Shown piece after piece: positions 48,450 through 58,927 of a stretch of 64,000 nt of DNA. Both the position numbers and the translations under genes were made by a program. The notes beneath the pieces were generated by a model. That model was given only the letters and a program-made list of their open reading frames with translations. It was not told the origin of the DNA and did not search any database. The stretch lies in assembly GCA_028286615.1 (NCBI GenBank), contig JAQBRG010000003.1:83330-147329 (forward strand), in the 5' to 3' direction. The DNA is from Parcubacteria group bacterium. GTDB taxonomy: Bacteria; Patescibacteriota; Minisyncoccia; Phycocordibacterales; Phycocordibacteraceae. Numbering within the stretch: the first letter of the stretch is position 1; the number at the start of each line of letters is the position of its first letter.

Positions 48450-49433
48450 CTAGGAGTATACCGCAATCTGCTTCAGTTCTTCTACTGAATTAGTCTCCAT
48501 AAGTTTTGCTCGAAGTTCAGCGGCGCCCGGCCATCCGTGTATAAACGCTTTAAAGTGCTTCTTAAGCAGGTGGAAAGATTTGGTTGGTTTCAGTTCCATA
48601 AAATACTCTGCAAGCGTGATGAGTGCCGCTATGCGTTCTTGCGGAGACACGTCCTCAATGGGACGTCCGGTAAAGAGCCAGGGGTTCCCAAAGATTGCAC
48701 GGCCAAGCATGATGCCGTCTGCACCAGTGTCCTCTACTTTCTTCTTTGCATTAGCAAGACTCTCCACGTCTCCATTGCCTAAGATTAATGTCTCGGGACT
48801 AATCTTGTCTCGAAGCTCAACGGCGTACGGCATAAGATCCCAATGTGCAGGAACACTCGACATCTCTTTGCGTGTACGAAGATGCACTGTTAGAGCGGCA
48901 AGATTCTCTTCAAGCAATGCTGGAAGCCAGGTGTCCATTTCGTTCCTGTTGTATCCGATACGTGTCTTAACAGAAATAGGCAGACCTCCTTCCTTTCCTT
49001 TTGCTGCACCCTCTCTCGCAGCTTGTATAACTGCTTTAGCAATCTCAGGTGTTTTAATCATGCCGGCCCCACATCCTTGTTTCTCAATAGACTTGTCTGG
49101 GCAACCCATATTTATATCGATGCCATCAAAACCTAGACGTGCACAGAGCTCTGACGCATATTCCATCATTTCAGGCTTGCTTGAAAATAACTGAGCAACT
49201 ATTGGGCGCTCTGCTTCTGTGTAGAGAAGATCACGCATAAGCGGATTCTCGCTATCTGGCAGACCCTTCTTCTCACGTGTGTGATACAAGCCGTCGCAAG
49301 AAACGAACTCAGTCCAGGTTACGTCTGGCTTTCCGTATTCAGCTATAAGCTTGCGGTAGGCAGCATCAGTTACGTCCGCCATAGGCGCGAGTACGAAAAA
49401 AGGCTTGGGTAGCTTCTGCCAGAACGATTGCAT
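48450..49433 (-). CDS. dus: tRNA-dihydrouridine synthase
   Basis: LAPMADVTD, DINMGCP, VKTRIG, VHLRT, GNGD, MLGRA. Confidence 0.93.
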   Translation of the reverse strand: MQSFWQKLPKPFFVLAPMADVTDAAYRKLIAEYGKPDVTWTEFVSCDGLYHTREKKGLPDSENPLMRDLLYTEAERPIVAQLFSSKPEMMEYASELCARLGFDGIDINMGCPDKSIEKQGCGAGMIKTPEIAKAVIQAAREGAAKGKEGGLPISVKTRIGYNRNEMDTWLPALLEENLAALTVHLRTRKEMSSVPAHWDLMPYAVELRDKISPETLILGNGDVESLANAKKKVEDTGADGIMLGRAIFGNPWLFTGRPIEDVSPQERIAALITLAEYFMELKPTKSFHLLKKHFKAFIHGWPGAAELRAKLMETNSVEELKQIAVYS

Positions 49434-49524
49434 AGCCTATATCCTACGCGGTAGCGCATTTCTTGACAATCATGGGGAATAATACAAAATCAGCGTGTAC
49501 CTTAAATCAATTAGGAGAAGTGAT

Positions 49525-49947
49525 ATGTGTAAGGTCGTACGAATTGTCGTGCGAACCTCGCACGGCATTATTTGCACACAAGAAGACCCGGATGGGGATT
49601 ATGCGTTGATTACCATCCCAATACGTGAAAACGAGACTTGGGAACAAGCCGCAGTACGCGGCCTGAAAGAAAGTACTGGTCTTGATATTCGAGGATACAA
49701 GCTCAAGATAATCTTTCCTCGGAATAAGCCTCGGGAACATGACAAGATTATCTGTTGCGAAGCAGTTTTCGAAGGCGCGGACTTTATCGCAAACATTAAC
49801 TCCACCGGAACCAACGGCAAGGTGGACGAGATCGAATACGGAGCGTTCGACTCAGTGATGAACTTCGATAAAGCGGACAGACAGTTCCTTGCGAGATACA
49901 GATTACTTAAGCCTCGTCGACAAGAGACGAGGAGAAGGCGTAGATAG
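49525..49947 (+). CDS. Hypothetical protein with degenerate Nudix-like box
   Basis: ENETWEQAAVRGLKESTGL; TTGACA promoter, AGGAG RBS. Confidence 0.6.
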   Translation: MCKVVRIVVRTSHGIICTQEDPDGDYALITIPIRENETWEQAAVRGLKESTGLDIRGYKLKIIFPRNKPREHDKIICCEAVFEGADFIANINSTGTNGKVDEIEYGAFDSVMNFDKADRQFLARYRLLKPRRQETRRRRR

Positions 49948-49949
49948 AT

Positions 49950-50996
49950 TTATTCTTCTGCGCCTTTTACTATGTCCTTCCGTTTCAGATACGCCTTCCC
50001 TTCAAAACGGAGATCTACATATTCAACCGAACCGTCGTTTAGGTTAAGTGTTGGGAATGCTGAGGCTGCAAGAGATCCTGCCACATCTTCCCTTCCTCCT
50101 ACGTACGTTATACGTGTCCCTCCAACCGTATACAGATCTATCTCGTCGTCTCTGAATGCAACTGAGGTAACGTTCGCATTTAATGATTTAACTAACTTAA
50201 CGAAACGAAGAATGTCAGGGAGTTCTGTTGCTTTAGACACTCTCGCTCCAAGCGGATACTGGAGTCCTTCGTTCGTAGCTTCGGCTGTAGCGTAGACCAT
50301 AAGATCTGCCGGACCCGCGGTATCAACGGGCGCAAAGATCAGACCTTCAGTATCTGCCTGCCAACACGGCTCCACTTTCGTATCAAAGGAGGTGCCGCAC
50401 CACACAAACGCACGGGTGCGAGATACGGTTTCGATAACAAGCGTATTCAACCCATCTGCAGAGGTTGAGACCGTCTGTATAGCTGGTATCTCTCGCACAA
50501 TACTCTCTCGTATGTCGGTTTCAGGAAGAAGGAAAATAGAATTGCGTGGAAGTATATACAAGTATGAACCGTACGTTTGTACGCGGGCAATTGATGCAGC
50601 TTCGTCTCCATAAGCCCCTTCTCCGCGAACTTGTTGAATACGAAAAGCAGGAAGCCAGAGTGCGTAGAAAATACCTCCAATTACTAGAAGAGCGAGTACT
50701 ACAAGAAGTATGAGCCACACCTTTCGTCTCTTCTGGCGACGCTTCTTAAGAGGCTGAGCAGTTTCCTTCGTAGCGCGTTCGACTTTTGCAGAACCCTTTG
50801 GACGAGGCATGCGTGTATCGCTATACGCTTCTTTACGTACAGGAACTCGTGGAGCAGCTTTAGCTTTCTCAGGAGCGGCACGCCTTTTCATATCCATAGG
50901 ACCAGTACTCCGTGCTGACGAAGTTTGTGCAGGCTGTGGAGCAGCCTTTGGTTTCGGCCGATTAGGCGCTATGTCCCAGGATTTCTTTACCGACAT
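49950..50996 (-). CDS. FtsQ/DivIB-like cell division protein
   Basis: Basic N-tail, single TM, POTRA-like region, EYVDLRF C-terminal motif. Confidence 0.75.
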   Translation of the reverse strand: MSVKKSWDIAPNRPKPKAAPQPAQTSSARSTGPMDMKRRAAPEKAKAAPRVPVRKEAYSDTRMPRPKGSAKVERATKETAQPLKKRRQKRRKVWLILLVVLALLVIGGIFYALWLPAFRIQQVRGEGAYGDEAASIARVQTYGSYLYILPRNSIFLLPETDIRESIVREIPAIQTVSTSADGLNTLVIETVSRTRAFVWCGTSFDTKVEPCWQADTEGLIFAPVDTAGPADLMVYATAEATNEGLQYPLGARVSKATELPDILRFVKLVKSLNANVTSVAFRDDEIDLYTVGGTRITYVGGREDVAGSLAASAFPTLNLNDGSVEYVDLRFEGKAYLKRKDIVKGAEE

Positions 50997-52233
50997 ACGG
51001 GACGAGTGCTTCTGGCACCTTTATAGTGCCGTCTTCTTGCTGGCAGTTCTCAACGAGCACCGCAAGGAAACGAGGCGTTGCAAGCGCAGTGTTGTTGAGC
51101 GAGTGTGCGAACTTCATGGAACCGTCTTCTGCGCGGTATCGAATATTAAGGCGACGTGTCTGAAAATCATGGAAGTACGAGGAGGAATGTGTCTCTCGGT
51201 ATTTCTGCTCAGAAGGCATCCAGCATTCAATGTCGTATTTCTTCACCTGTCCGAGTCCGAGATCTCCTCCGCAGTTAACAACAATATGGTACGGGATATT
51301 GAGAAGCTGGAGCATTTCTTCTGCATTAGTTGTAAGGGCCTCGTGGTGTGTTACGGACTCTTCATGTGAGGCTTCGCAAAGTACTACCTGCTCGAACTTG
51401 TAAAACTCATGCACGCGCACCATGCCTTTAGTGTCCTTGCCGTGGCTTCCCGCTTCACGACGGAAACAAGGAGAGAAGGACAAATACTTTAGAGGTAGCT
51501 CGCTACGTTCTATAACCTCATCCATGTGGTATGCCATGGTTGCAACTTCAGCAGTGCCTGCAAGATACTCTCCGTCTTGGGTTCTGTAGAGATCTTCTTC
51601 GCTTTGAGGAAGATAGCCGGTACCCATAAATCCTTCGCGCCGCACGAGTGAAGGAACGATCATAGGAACGAAACCTCCCTTCTGTGTGAAGTGGTCCGTA
51701 AGGAAACGCCAAAGAGCAAAGGATAGAAGTGCCCCGTCTCCCTTGAGGAAGTAGCCGCGGAATCCCGCAACCTTAGTACCGCGCTCAAAGTCCGCCATGC
51801 CGTTCTTGGTCATGAGCTCTACATGGTCTTTTGGCGTAAATGCGAATTGCGGCATCGTGCCCCACGTCTTAATCTCTACATTCTCCGCGTCGCTCTTTCC
51901 TTCAGGCACTGACATGTCTGGAAGGTTTGGCACCGCAAGCATAAGCTTCTGCCATTCCTCCATAGCCTTGGTGTACTGCTCCTCGAGTTCTGCCATCCCT
52001 TCTTTAACATGACGCATAGCTTCGAGAAGTCTCTCGCGTTCGTCTCCCTTAGCAAGCGCTATGGTCTGGCTAGCGCGGTTCTGTTCTGCACGACGCTCGT
52101 CGAGCTGCTGGCGTATAGATTTACGCAGATCATCCACCTCTATAAGGCGGTCTATATCTACCTCTATGAGTTTCTTGGCAGCACCTGCCTTTATAAGGTC
52201 GGCGTTTTCCCTGATGAAATGAATATCAAGCAT
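50962..52233 (-). CDS. serS: Serine--tRNA ligase
   Basis: MLDIHFIREN, GTAEV, FRREAGSHG, RVHEF, HSLNNT. Confidence 0.97.
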   Translation of the reverse strand: MLDIHFIRENADLIKAGAAKKLIEVDIDRLIEVDDLRKSIRQQLDERRAEQNRASQTIALAKGDERERLLEAMRHVKEGMAELEEQYTKAMEEWQKLMLAVPNLPDMSVPEGKSDAENVEIKTWGTMPQFAFTPKDHVELMTKNGMADFERGTKVAGFRGYFLKGDGALLSFALWRFLTDHFTQKGGFVPMIVPSLVRREGFMGTGYLPQSEEDLYRTQDGEYLAGTAEVATMAYHMDEVIERSELPLKYLSFSPCFRREAGSHGKDTKGMVRVHEFYKFEQVVLCEASHEESVTHHEALTTNAEEMLQLLNIPYHIVVNCGGDLGLGQVKKYDIECWMPSEQKYRETHSSSYFHDFQTRRLNIRYRAEDGSMKFAHSLNNTALATPRFLAVLVENCQQEDGTIKVPEALVPYVGKEILGHSA

Positions 52234-52377
52234 GTGAACTTCACTATACGCCAGGATAGGAAGGCAGAAAAGCTCTTAATATTTAAGTGCGGGTAAAAGA
52301 AGTGTATAAGTGGCTTGCACTTTAAGAAATGATATGCTATACATGTCAATAGCATCGGTTCTTGTAGAGGAGAGATC

Positions 52378-52524
52378 ATGCGTAAGCTATTCGAGTTCCT
52401 GGAAACGAGGGACGGTCCCTGGCTGGCATTGTGCGCATCTGTGTTGATTCTGATTGCAGGGGCTGTGATCCTTGTCGGCACACTAAGCGTCTTTCATCAG
52501 GCAGTAGTCTCTGTCGTCGGCTAA
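52378..52524 (+). CDS. Small single-TM protein (48 aa), below the ORF-track cutoff
   Basis: GAGGAG RBS; MRKLFEFLETRDGPWLALCASVLILIAGAVILVGTLSVFHQAVVSVVG*; promoter TTGCAC-N17-TATACA; terminator 52546-52576. Confidence 0.6.
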   Translation: MRKLFEFLETRDGPWLALCASVLILIAGAVILVGTLSVFHQAVVSVVG

Positions 52525-52662
52525 GAAGTCGGGGTCTAAAAAGTGACTCGCAATCCCCGTGGTTGCGAGTCTTTTTATATAAAGTTTAAAAGTATTTCAT
52601 ACTCGGTGTTCTATACTCACCGCTTGACCATATATAGGTATGCGCGGTATGAGTTAGCACAC

Positions 52663-55074
52663 ATGGCAAAGAGACTATTAATTGTTGAGTCGCCTGCAAA
52701 GGCGCGCACTATCCAGCAGTACCTCGGAAAAGACTACGAGGTGCTTGCTTCTGTGGGCCACGTGCGGGACCTCCCTAAGAGCAACAAAGATGCGGTTAAC
52801 ATCGAAGACGGCTTCATTCCCCGCTACATAATCTCTCCTGATAAGCGGGAGGTTATTGAGAAGATCAAGCGTGCTGCAGACAAGGCAGACGAGGTATTTC
52901 TTGCAACTGACCCGGACCGCGAGGGAGAGGCTATTGCGTGGCATATAAAGGAGGCGGTTGGCCTTAAGAAGCCAAAGCGCGTTGTATTCCATGAGATTAC
53001 CAAAGCCGCCGTTGAGGAAGCTATCGCGCATCCTCGCGCTATAGACGAAGACCTGCGCCAGGCACAGGAAGCTCGTCGCGTGCTCGATCGCATTGTTGGA
53101 TACGATCTTTCCGGTCTTATCTGGAAGAAAGTTCGCTACGGGCTTTCAGCAGGACGCGTGCAGTCTCCCGCTCTTCGTATTCTTGCTGAACGTGAACGTG
53201 AAATTAAAGCGTTCATTCCTGAAACCTATTACACGCTCGACGCATCTTTCAAAGCAAAAGCAGGAGGTACGCTTCCTGCAACCTGTGTCGAGGAACCAAA
53301 GACAGCCGCTGAGTCTGAACGCATCGTTACGCTTGGACGTGCTGCTTCTTGGAAGATTGCAGAAATAAAAGAACGAGCTGAGGAGCGCCAGCCACGTCCT
53401 CCGTTTACAACCTCAACACTTCAGCAGGTTGCTTCAACCCGTCTTGGTTTCTCTCCAAGCCGTACCATGCGTGCTGCACAGAAGTTATACGAAGCAGGAC
53501 ATATAACCTACATGCGTACGGACTCCGTTAACTTGGGAGAGTCTGCTGTAGATAACATTTTGAATACTGTTACAGAAACGTTTGGCAAGGAATATGCAGA
53601 ACGTCGTGTATACAAAACCAAGAGCAAGAATGCGCAGGAAGCCCATGAAGCGGTTCGCCCTACAGACTCTTCTCGAATTAAGGCTGGTACGGTGCCAGAC
53701 GAAACATCTTTGTACGAACTTATTCGTACCCGCACACTTGCTTCTCAAATGGTTGCAGCAAAGGTACTACGAACCAGTGTTAAGGCCGAAGCCGATGCAG
53801 ACATTCCTCTATTCTCTTCTAACGGTTCTCGCGTGATGTTTCCAGGATGGCTTGCGTGCGACACCAAAGCACGAGGCGAAGATGTTGAGCTTCCAGAACT
53901 AACCGAGGGAAATCCGCTCACGCTTCTTTCTCTTGGCTCAATTGAAAAACAGACCGAACCACCGAACCGCTACACCGAAGCTGGTCTCATTAAAGAACTT
54001 GAGAAGCGAGGTATTGGACGCCCGTCTACATACGCTTCAACCATGAAGACTATTCAAGATCGCGGCTACGTGGAAAAGACAGGACGTACTCTAACCCCAA
54101 CCGCTACCGGCATGGTTGTATCGGGATGGCTTGAGGAACACTTCGCCGAATATATTTCAGATTCTTTTACAGCAGAGATGGAAGACAACCTCGACGAGAT
54201 AGCACGAGGCGAACGCGGATACGAACCAACCCTCAAAGAATTCTACGGACCTTTCGAGAAGGCAGTTCTTGCTAAGGACAAGCTTCCAAAAGCAACTTCT
54301 CTAGGAAAAGTACCGGACGGATTCCCTTGTCCTATTTGTGGCGCTGATATGGAATTCAAACTTGGACGTGGCGGTATATTCATGAGCTGTACCCGCTATC
54401 CAGATTGTGACGGAGCTCGCCAAGAAGACGGTACCGAACTTAAGAGCGACGAGCCAATTGGCATACACCCCGAAACTGGCTCTCCTATATTTATAAAGAC
54501 CGGAAGATACGGACCGTATGTAGAAATGGCACTGCCTGAAGCAGTTGAGCCCGAGGCTACACCTGTTGAGGAACCTAAAAAGAAAGGGGCAAAGAAAAAG
54601 GTTGCGAAAAAGAAGAAAGCGAAGGGACGTCCAAAGCTCGCGGCCAAGCGTGCAAGTATTCCTCCAGGCACAGACCTCTCTGCAATAACTCTTGCGCAGG
54701 CTGTGCACTATCTTTCTCTTCCTCGAGAACTTGGCAACCACCCAAGTAGCGGAAAGCCTGTTGTTGCAAACATCGGACGCTTCGGTCCATACCTCGCACA
54801 TGACGGAGAGTTCCGTTCTCTCAAGGGTGCCGACGATCCCTACACCGTTACGCTAGACCGGGCACTTGAAATATTAGCAATGCCAAAGCAACCTCCTAAG
54901 GGAGTTGAGATTGTGCGTGAGATTGGCAAGCACCCGAAGACTGGCAAATCTATAACGCTCTACAAATCCAAACAAGGACTCTTCCTTAAGAAAGGTCTCC
55001 GCCGCATCTACTTGCCTGAGAGCCAGAACGCAGACGAGCTAACACCGCTTGAAGCTGGAGAGTATCTGAAATAG
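52663..55074 (+). CDS. topA: DNA topoisomerase I
   Basis: IVESPAK, ATDPDREGE, SAGRVQS, ITYMRTD, GIGRPSTY; zinc ribbon and GRFGPY C-terminal repeats. Confidence 0.97.
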   Translation: MAKRLLIVESPAKARTIQQYLGKDYEVLASVGHVRDLPKSNKDAVNIEDGFIPRYIISPDKREVIEKIKRAADKADEVFLATDPDREGEAIAWHIKEAVGLKKPKRVVFHEITKAAVEEAIAHPRAIDEDLRQAQEARRVLDRIVGYDLSGLIWKKVRYGLSAGRVQSPALRILAEREREIKAFIPETYYTLDASFKAKAGGTLPATCVEEPKTAAESERIVTLGRAASWKIAEIKERAEERQPRPPFTTSTLQQVASTRLGFSPSRTMRAAQKLYEAGHITYMRTDSVNLGESAVDNILNTVTETFGKEYAERRVYKTKSKNAQEAHEAVRPTDSSRIKAGTVPDETSLYELIRTRTLASQMVAAKVLRTSVKAEADADIPLFSSNGSRVMFPGWLACDTKARGEDVELPELTEGNPLTLLSLGSIEKQTEPPNRYTEAGLIKELEKRGIGRPSTYASTMKTIQDRGYVEKTGRTLTPTATGMVVSGWLEEHFAEYISDSFTAEMEDNLDEIARGERGYEPTLKEFYGPFEKAVLAKDKLPKATSLGKVPDGFPCPICGADMEFKLGRGGIFMSCTRYPDCDGARQEDGTELKSDEPIGIHPETGSPIFIKTGRYGPYVEMALPEAVEPEATPVEEPKKKGAKKKVAKKKKAKGRPKLAAKRASIPPGTDLSAITLAQAVHYLSLPRELGNHPSSGKPVVANIGRFGPYLAHDGEFRSLKGADDPYTVTLDRALEILAMPKQPPKGVEIVREIGKHPKTGKSITLYKSKQGLFLKKGLRRIYLPESQNADELTPLEAGEYLK

Positions 55075-55117
55075 GAAGCGCCGGAACCAATAGGTCCCGG
55101 CGTTCTTTCGACGTTGG

Positions 55118-55285
55118 CTATCCGCAGCATTCTGCTGGATCGTGCGGTTGCCCGCACTTTGCGCATGGATCGTAATCCAGCATTCCCGGTTCTTCTGGAA
55201 TGCTGGGACGTCCTCCGTCGAGACTGATGAGATTTTCTTGAGCCTGCCTTAAGTACAAGCCTTGTTCGTATGCCCTGCTGTTCAT
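55118..55285 (-). CDS. Small Cys-rich protein (55 aa)
   Basis: GGAGG RBS; ends CAKCGQPHDPAECCG. Confidence 0.5.
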   Translation of the reverse strand: MNSRAYEQGLYLRQAQENLISLDGGRPSIPEEPGMLDYDPCAKCGQPHDPAECCG

Positions 55286-55337
55286 GGTTTCCTCCCAGAA
55301 GCCGTGTTGGTGCCAAATGCTATACTGGCCCTTACGC

Positions 55338-56972
55338 ATGACTACTGTCAAGGAAATTCTTGCTCAGATGAAAAGCCCTACGCCTGCAGACGTAGCGTTA
55401 GTTGAGAAAGCGTACGAATTCGCGAAGAAAGCGCACGAAGGCCATACCCGCTACTCGGGCGAACCCTATTTCATACACCCCTCTGCTGTAGCAAAGCATC
55501 TTGCAGAACTTGGCATGGATGCGCCAACCATTGCCGCAGCTCTCATGCACGACGCAATCGAAGACGCCAAAGCAACTCCCGAAGAAGTGCTCGAGCAATT
55601 TGGCCCTGAGGTGCTCTTCTTAGTTGAAGGTGTTACCAAGCTCGGAAAGCACAAGTACCAGGGCGGAGAACGCCACGCAGAGTCTCTGAGACGCCTTCTC
55701 GTTGCGACCGCGTCCGATGTACGCGTGCTAATCATCAAACTTGCGGACCGGTATCACAACATGACAACTATAGAGCATGTTCCGGAACACAAACGAAAAC
55801 GAATTGCTCTTGAGACTCTTGAAATCTATGCACCAATTGCAGACCGTCTTGGTATGGGACGTATTAAGAGCGAGCTTGAAGACTTCGCGTTTCCCGCCAT
55901 AGACCCGGATGCGTACCAGCATGCGCTTGAGGTGCGCAAGTTAAAGAGAAAGGAAACAGAAGTTGGTCTTGCACGAGTGCAAAAGGATCTGCAGCACGCA
56001 TTCGTTCGTAAAGAGATCAAAGACTTCTCAACCTCTATTCGTATGAAAGGTTTGTGGAGCTTGCACCAGAAGCTTATTCGCAAGAAGGATGACATAACTA
56101 AAATCCACGATATCGCGGCTCTCCGCGTTATTGTCCCAACCATAGACGATTGCTATACCGCACTCGGAGTTATCCATGCCCTCTGGAAGCCGCTTCCGGG
56201 CGAGTTCAAGGACTACATCTCCTTCCCGAAGCCTAACGGATACCAATCTCTCCACACAACGGTTATAACCGCAGACGCGGGCATCGTTGAAATGCAGGTA
56301 CGTACAAAGGAAATGCATCAAGCAGCGCAATTCGGTATTGCGTCACACATGTCATACAAAGTACTAGGCAAAGAGGCAGGCAAGAATGCTTTCCAGAGAC
56401 TTTCCTTTCCTTGGGTGCGAGACCTGGTGCCTACACTCCTTAATTTCCGTAGACGCGCACCTATCGCACCTCCTGAAGGGAAGAAAGACACGCATGACAC
56501 ACAGGCGCCACGTTGGCTAACAGAACTTGCAGACGCACATGGCACCGAAGCGAGCGAGACAGGAGAATTCGTAGAAGGATTGAAGTCTGATTTCTTCTCG
56601 CACCGTATCTTCGTCTTCACACCAAGAGGCGATGTTATAGACCTTCCGAACGAATCAACACCCGTAGACTTTGCCTATGCCATACATAGCGACCTTGGAA
56701 ATCACATGCAGGGTGTAAAGATTAATGGAAAGCTTGTCTCCTTTGATACCAAACTTGGCAACGGGGATATTATCGAAATAACGAAGAGCAAAACTGCACG
56801 CCCAACTGCGAAATGGCTCGAGTATGCAAAGACTTCCCTTGCACGCAGACATGTGCGAAGCGCGCTTGAAGAACATGATCCTGTTAATGCGCGCAGACCT
56901 ATAGCGGAGCCTAAGGTTGAGAAGAAGAAACGGAAAATATTCAAAGCTCCAAAGAAAGGAGGAAAAGCATAA
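55338..56972 (+). CDS. rel: RelA/SpoT (p)ppGpp synthetase/hydrolase (HD, SYNTH, TGS; no ACT)
   Basis: RYSGEPYFIHP, HDAIED, KLADRYHN, PKPNGYQSLHT, TPVDFAYAIHS. Confidence 0.93.
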   Translation: MTTVKEILAQMKSPTPADVALVEKAYEFAKKAHEGHTRYSGEPYFIHPSAVAKHLAELGMDAPTIAAALMHDAIEDAKATPEEVLEQFGPEVLFLVEGVTKLGKHKYQGGERHAESLRRLLVATASDVRVLIIKLADRYHNMTTIEHVPEHKRKRIALETLEIYAPIADRLGMGRIKSELEDFAFPAIDPDAYQHALEVRKLKRKETEVGLARVQKDLQHAFVRKEIKDFSTSIRMKGLWSLHQKLIRKKDDITKIHDIAALRVIVPTIDDCYTALGVIHALWKPLPGEFKDYISFPKPNGYQSLHTTVITADAGIVEMQVRTKEMHQAAQFGIASHMSYKVLGKEAGKNAFQRLSFPWVRDLVPTLLNFRRRAPIAPPEGKKDTHDTQAPRWLTELADAHGTEASETGEFVEGLKSDFFSHRIFVFTPRGDVIDLPNESTPVDFAYAIHSDLGNHMQGVKINGKLVSFDTKLGNGDIIEITKSKTARPTAKWLEYAKTSLARRHVRSALEEHDPVNARRPIAEPKVEKKKRKIFKAPKKGGKA

Positions 56973-57003
56973 CCGCGAATCTTTCAATTCGCGGTTATCG
57001 ATG

Positions 57004-57369
57004 TTAGCAGCAGCTGTTGAGATAAGCTGCCAGTATAAGAACATTGCTAACGGAAGACAGACCTGCTCTGGCAGCACTCGCGCTTAAAGACATGGAGCTA
57101 TTTCTACTTTCCTCATAGAATAGCTTCTGGATAGCTTCGGCGAGTCTGCTTTGTTGGTCAGGCGCCATATGTGCTGAAGCATTAACTAGGTCGGCAAGCG
57201 TCTGAAATACAGTGACTGAAAAATGAGACTCGCCAGTGATGTCTGCATTATTCTGAATTTTCTCTTTGTGAACCTGAACCTGTTCTCTGAGCCAGTCTTT
57301 TGCACGGCGGTGATTAGAAATATCTGCTTCGCTCACGTCTCTCTCCCACTTGAATGAACCTAGACACAC
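57004..57369 (-). CDS. Hypothetical protein
   Basis: 121-aa ORF filling an intergenic gap. Confidence 0.4.
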   Translation of the reverse strand: MCLGSFKWERDVSEADISNHRRAKDWLREQVQVHKEKIQNNADITGESHFSVTVFQTLADLVNASAHMAPDQQSRLAEAIQKLFYEESRNSSMSLSASAARAGLSSVSNVLILAAYLNSCC

Positions 57370-57392
57370 CTTAGGCTAGCGAATTAGGAGTG

Positions 57393-58433
57393 TCAAACAA
57401 CGAAGTTTCGTATTGAATAGAGTTCGTCGTCTTCGGGCGTAGGCTGTACTTCTGCAACTGGAGCTGCAGGTGCTTCTACAGGAAGCTGTGTGGTATTCGG
57501 GTATTCCTCAACAAGACTTTCAGGAGGAGTCTCAATATTTGCCTCAGGAGCAAAGGCTTCTTCGCTTGCCATACGTGCCTCTTCGCGAGCAGCAAGAATG
57601 TCTGCAATGTGTGCCAGATCTTCTGGAGAGAAGAACTCGATAAGAACACGGCCTCCGTTGGGACGGTTCTCAATTAATACACGGGTACCAAGTGTTTCTG
57701 TAAGACTCTTCTCGAGTTCCATCATCTCAGGAGTCTTGTCATGCTTGCGAATCTTGTCTTGCGCTATACGTCGAGCAAGTTGTTCAACAACACGCACTGA
57801 AGTCTTCTTGAGAACAATTTCCTTAAAGAGAGTATCTCGTTCTAGAGGCCTATCTGTAAGCATGAGAAGAGCTCGCGCATGTCCCTCGGTTATTTCCTTA
57901 TCAACAACTGCCTGCTGAATTGACTCAGGGAGCATGAGGAGACGGATGGAGTTAGAGACGTACTCACGACTTCGTCCAACTTTAGCTCCAATCTCTGAGT
58001 GCGAGAGGCCGAATGCTTCCATAAGCTGCGCGAGTGCTTTGGCGCGATCTATAGCATTAAGATCTTCTCGCTGAAGGTTCTCGATTATAGCGAGCTCAAG
58101 CTTCATTTTGTCAGACTGCTCACCTGCACGAATAACAACCGGCACTTCCTTAAGACCAATAAGGCGAGAAGCACGAAGACGTCGCTCTCCTGCTATAAGC
58201 TCATAGACGCTTTGGAGACCACCGTCAGGCTTCTGTACATCTGTACGCGTAACAACGAGTGGCTGGAGCACACCGTACTGTCGAATAGATTCAGCGAGTG
58301 CTTTGAGACGCTCTTCGTCGAACTCGCGGCGAGGTTGGTACGGGTTTGGTTCAATACGGTTAACCTCAACCCAGAAAATAGAATCGTACCGCGTTGGTTC
58401 GTGGTAGTTGCTCATGCCCTTCGTTTCGCTCAT
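57393..58433 (-). CDS. parB: ParB/Spo0J chromosome partition protein
   Basis: PNPYQPRREF, LIAGERRLRA, IENLQREDL, HTH, GHARALL. Confidence 0.95.
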   Translation of the reverse strand: MSETKGMSNYHEPTRYDSIFWVEVNRIEPNPYQPRREFDEERLKALAESIRQYGVLQPLVVTRTDVQKPDGGLQSVYELIAGERRLRASRLIGLKEVPVVIRAGEQSDKMKLELAIIENLQREDLNAIDRAKALAQLMEAFGLSHSEIGAKVGRSREYVSNSIRLLMLPESIQQAVVDKEITEGHARALLMLTDRPLERDTLFKEIVLKKTSVRVVEQLARRIAQDKIRKHDKTPEMMELEKSLTETLGTRVLIENRPNGGRVLIEFFSPEDLAHIADILAAREEARMASEEAFAPEANIETPPESLVEEYPNTTQLPVEAPAAPVAEVQPTPEDDELYSIRNFVV

Positions 58434-58500
58434 TGAAGGTATTGTAGCATCGAGCATTTACTTTGCGAGAGACTCAGGTGTGAAGTAGGATACTTCTATT

Positions 58501-58582
58501 GCCGGAGTGGCGGAGTTGGTATACGCGGAGGATTCAAAACCCTCTTCTTCACGGATCGTGGGTTCGAGTCCCACCTCCGGCA
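58501..58582 (+). tRNA. tRNA-Leu(CAA)
   Basis: GCCGGAG...GAGGA TTCAAAA CCCTC, long variable arm, GTGGG TTCGAGT CCCAC CTCCGGC A. Confidence 0.93.
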
Positions 58583-58647
58583 CTTGCATTTTATAGATAA
58601 GGTGCTATAGTATATTTGTTCGTAACCACTGACAAAAGGGGAGCTAC

Positions 58648-58812
58648 ATGGATCTCGCTGGTAACATCGGGATTTCGGTTTTGGGCTTGTGCGCTTGCGC
58701 ACTGCTCGCCATGGGATACGTGCATACGGGCGTCCTGACGCACTTGAGCTGCGTCGGACCTCCCATCCGTCCTCATCGCCGAGGGCGGCCAAGAAAATAC
58801 AATTACGCCTAA
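58648..58812 (+). CDS. Small protein (54 aa) with hydrophobic N-half and AT-hook-like RRGRPRK
   Basis: GGGGAG RBS, promoter TTGCAT-N16-TATAGT, downstream hairpins; MDLAGNIGISVLGLCACALLAMGYVHTGVLTHLSCVGPPIRPHRRGRPRKYNYA*. Confidence 0.55.
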   Translation: MDLAGNIGISVLGLCACALLAMGYVHTGVLTHLSCVGPPIRPHRRGRPRKYNYA

Positions 58813-58927
58813 AAAGGGCGATTCCTCGCAGTATGCGAGAAGAGCCGATCGGAGAAATCTGGTCGGCTTTTTATTTTGCACACACTTAACATCTTTGCTA
58901 CTGTCCTTTCAGAGCGGAGAACGAACA

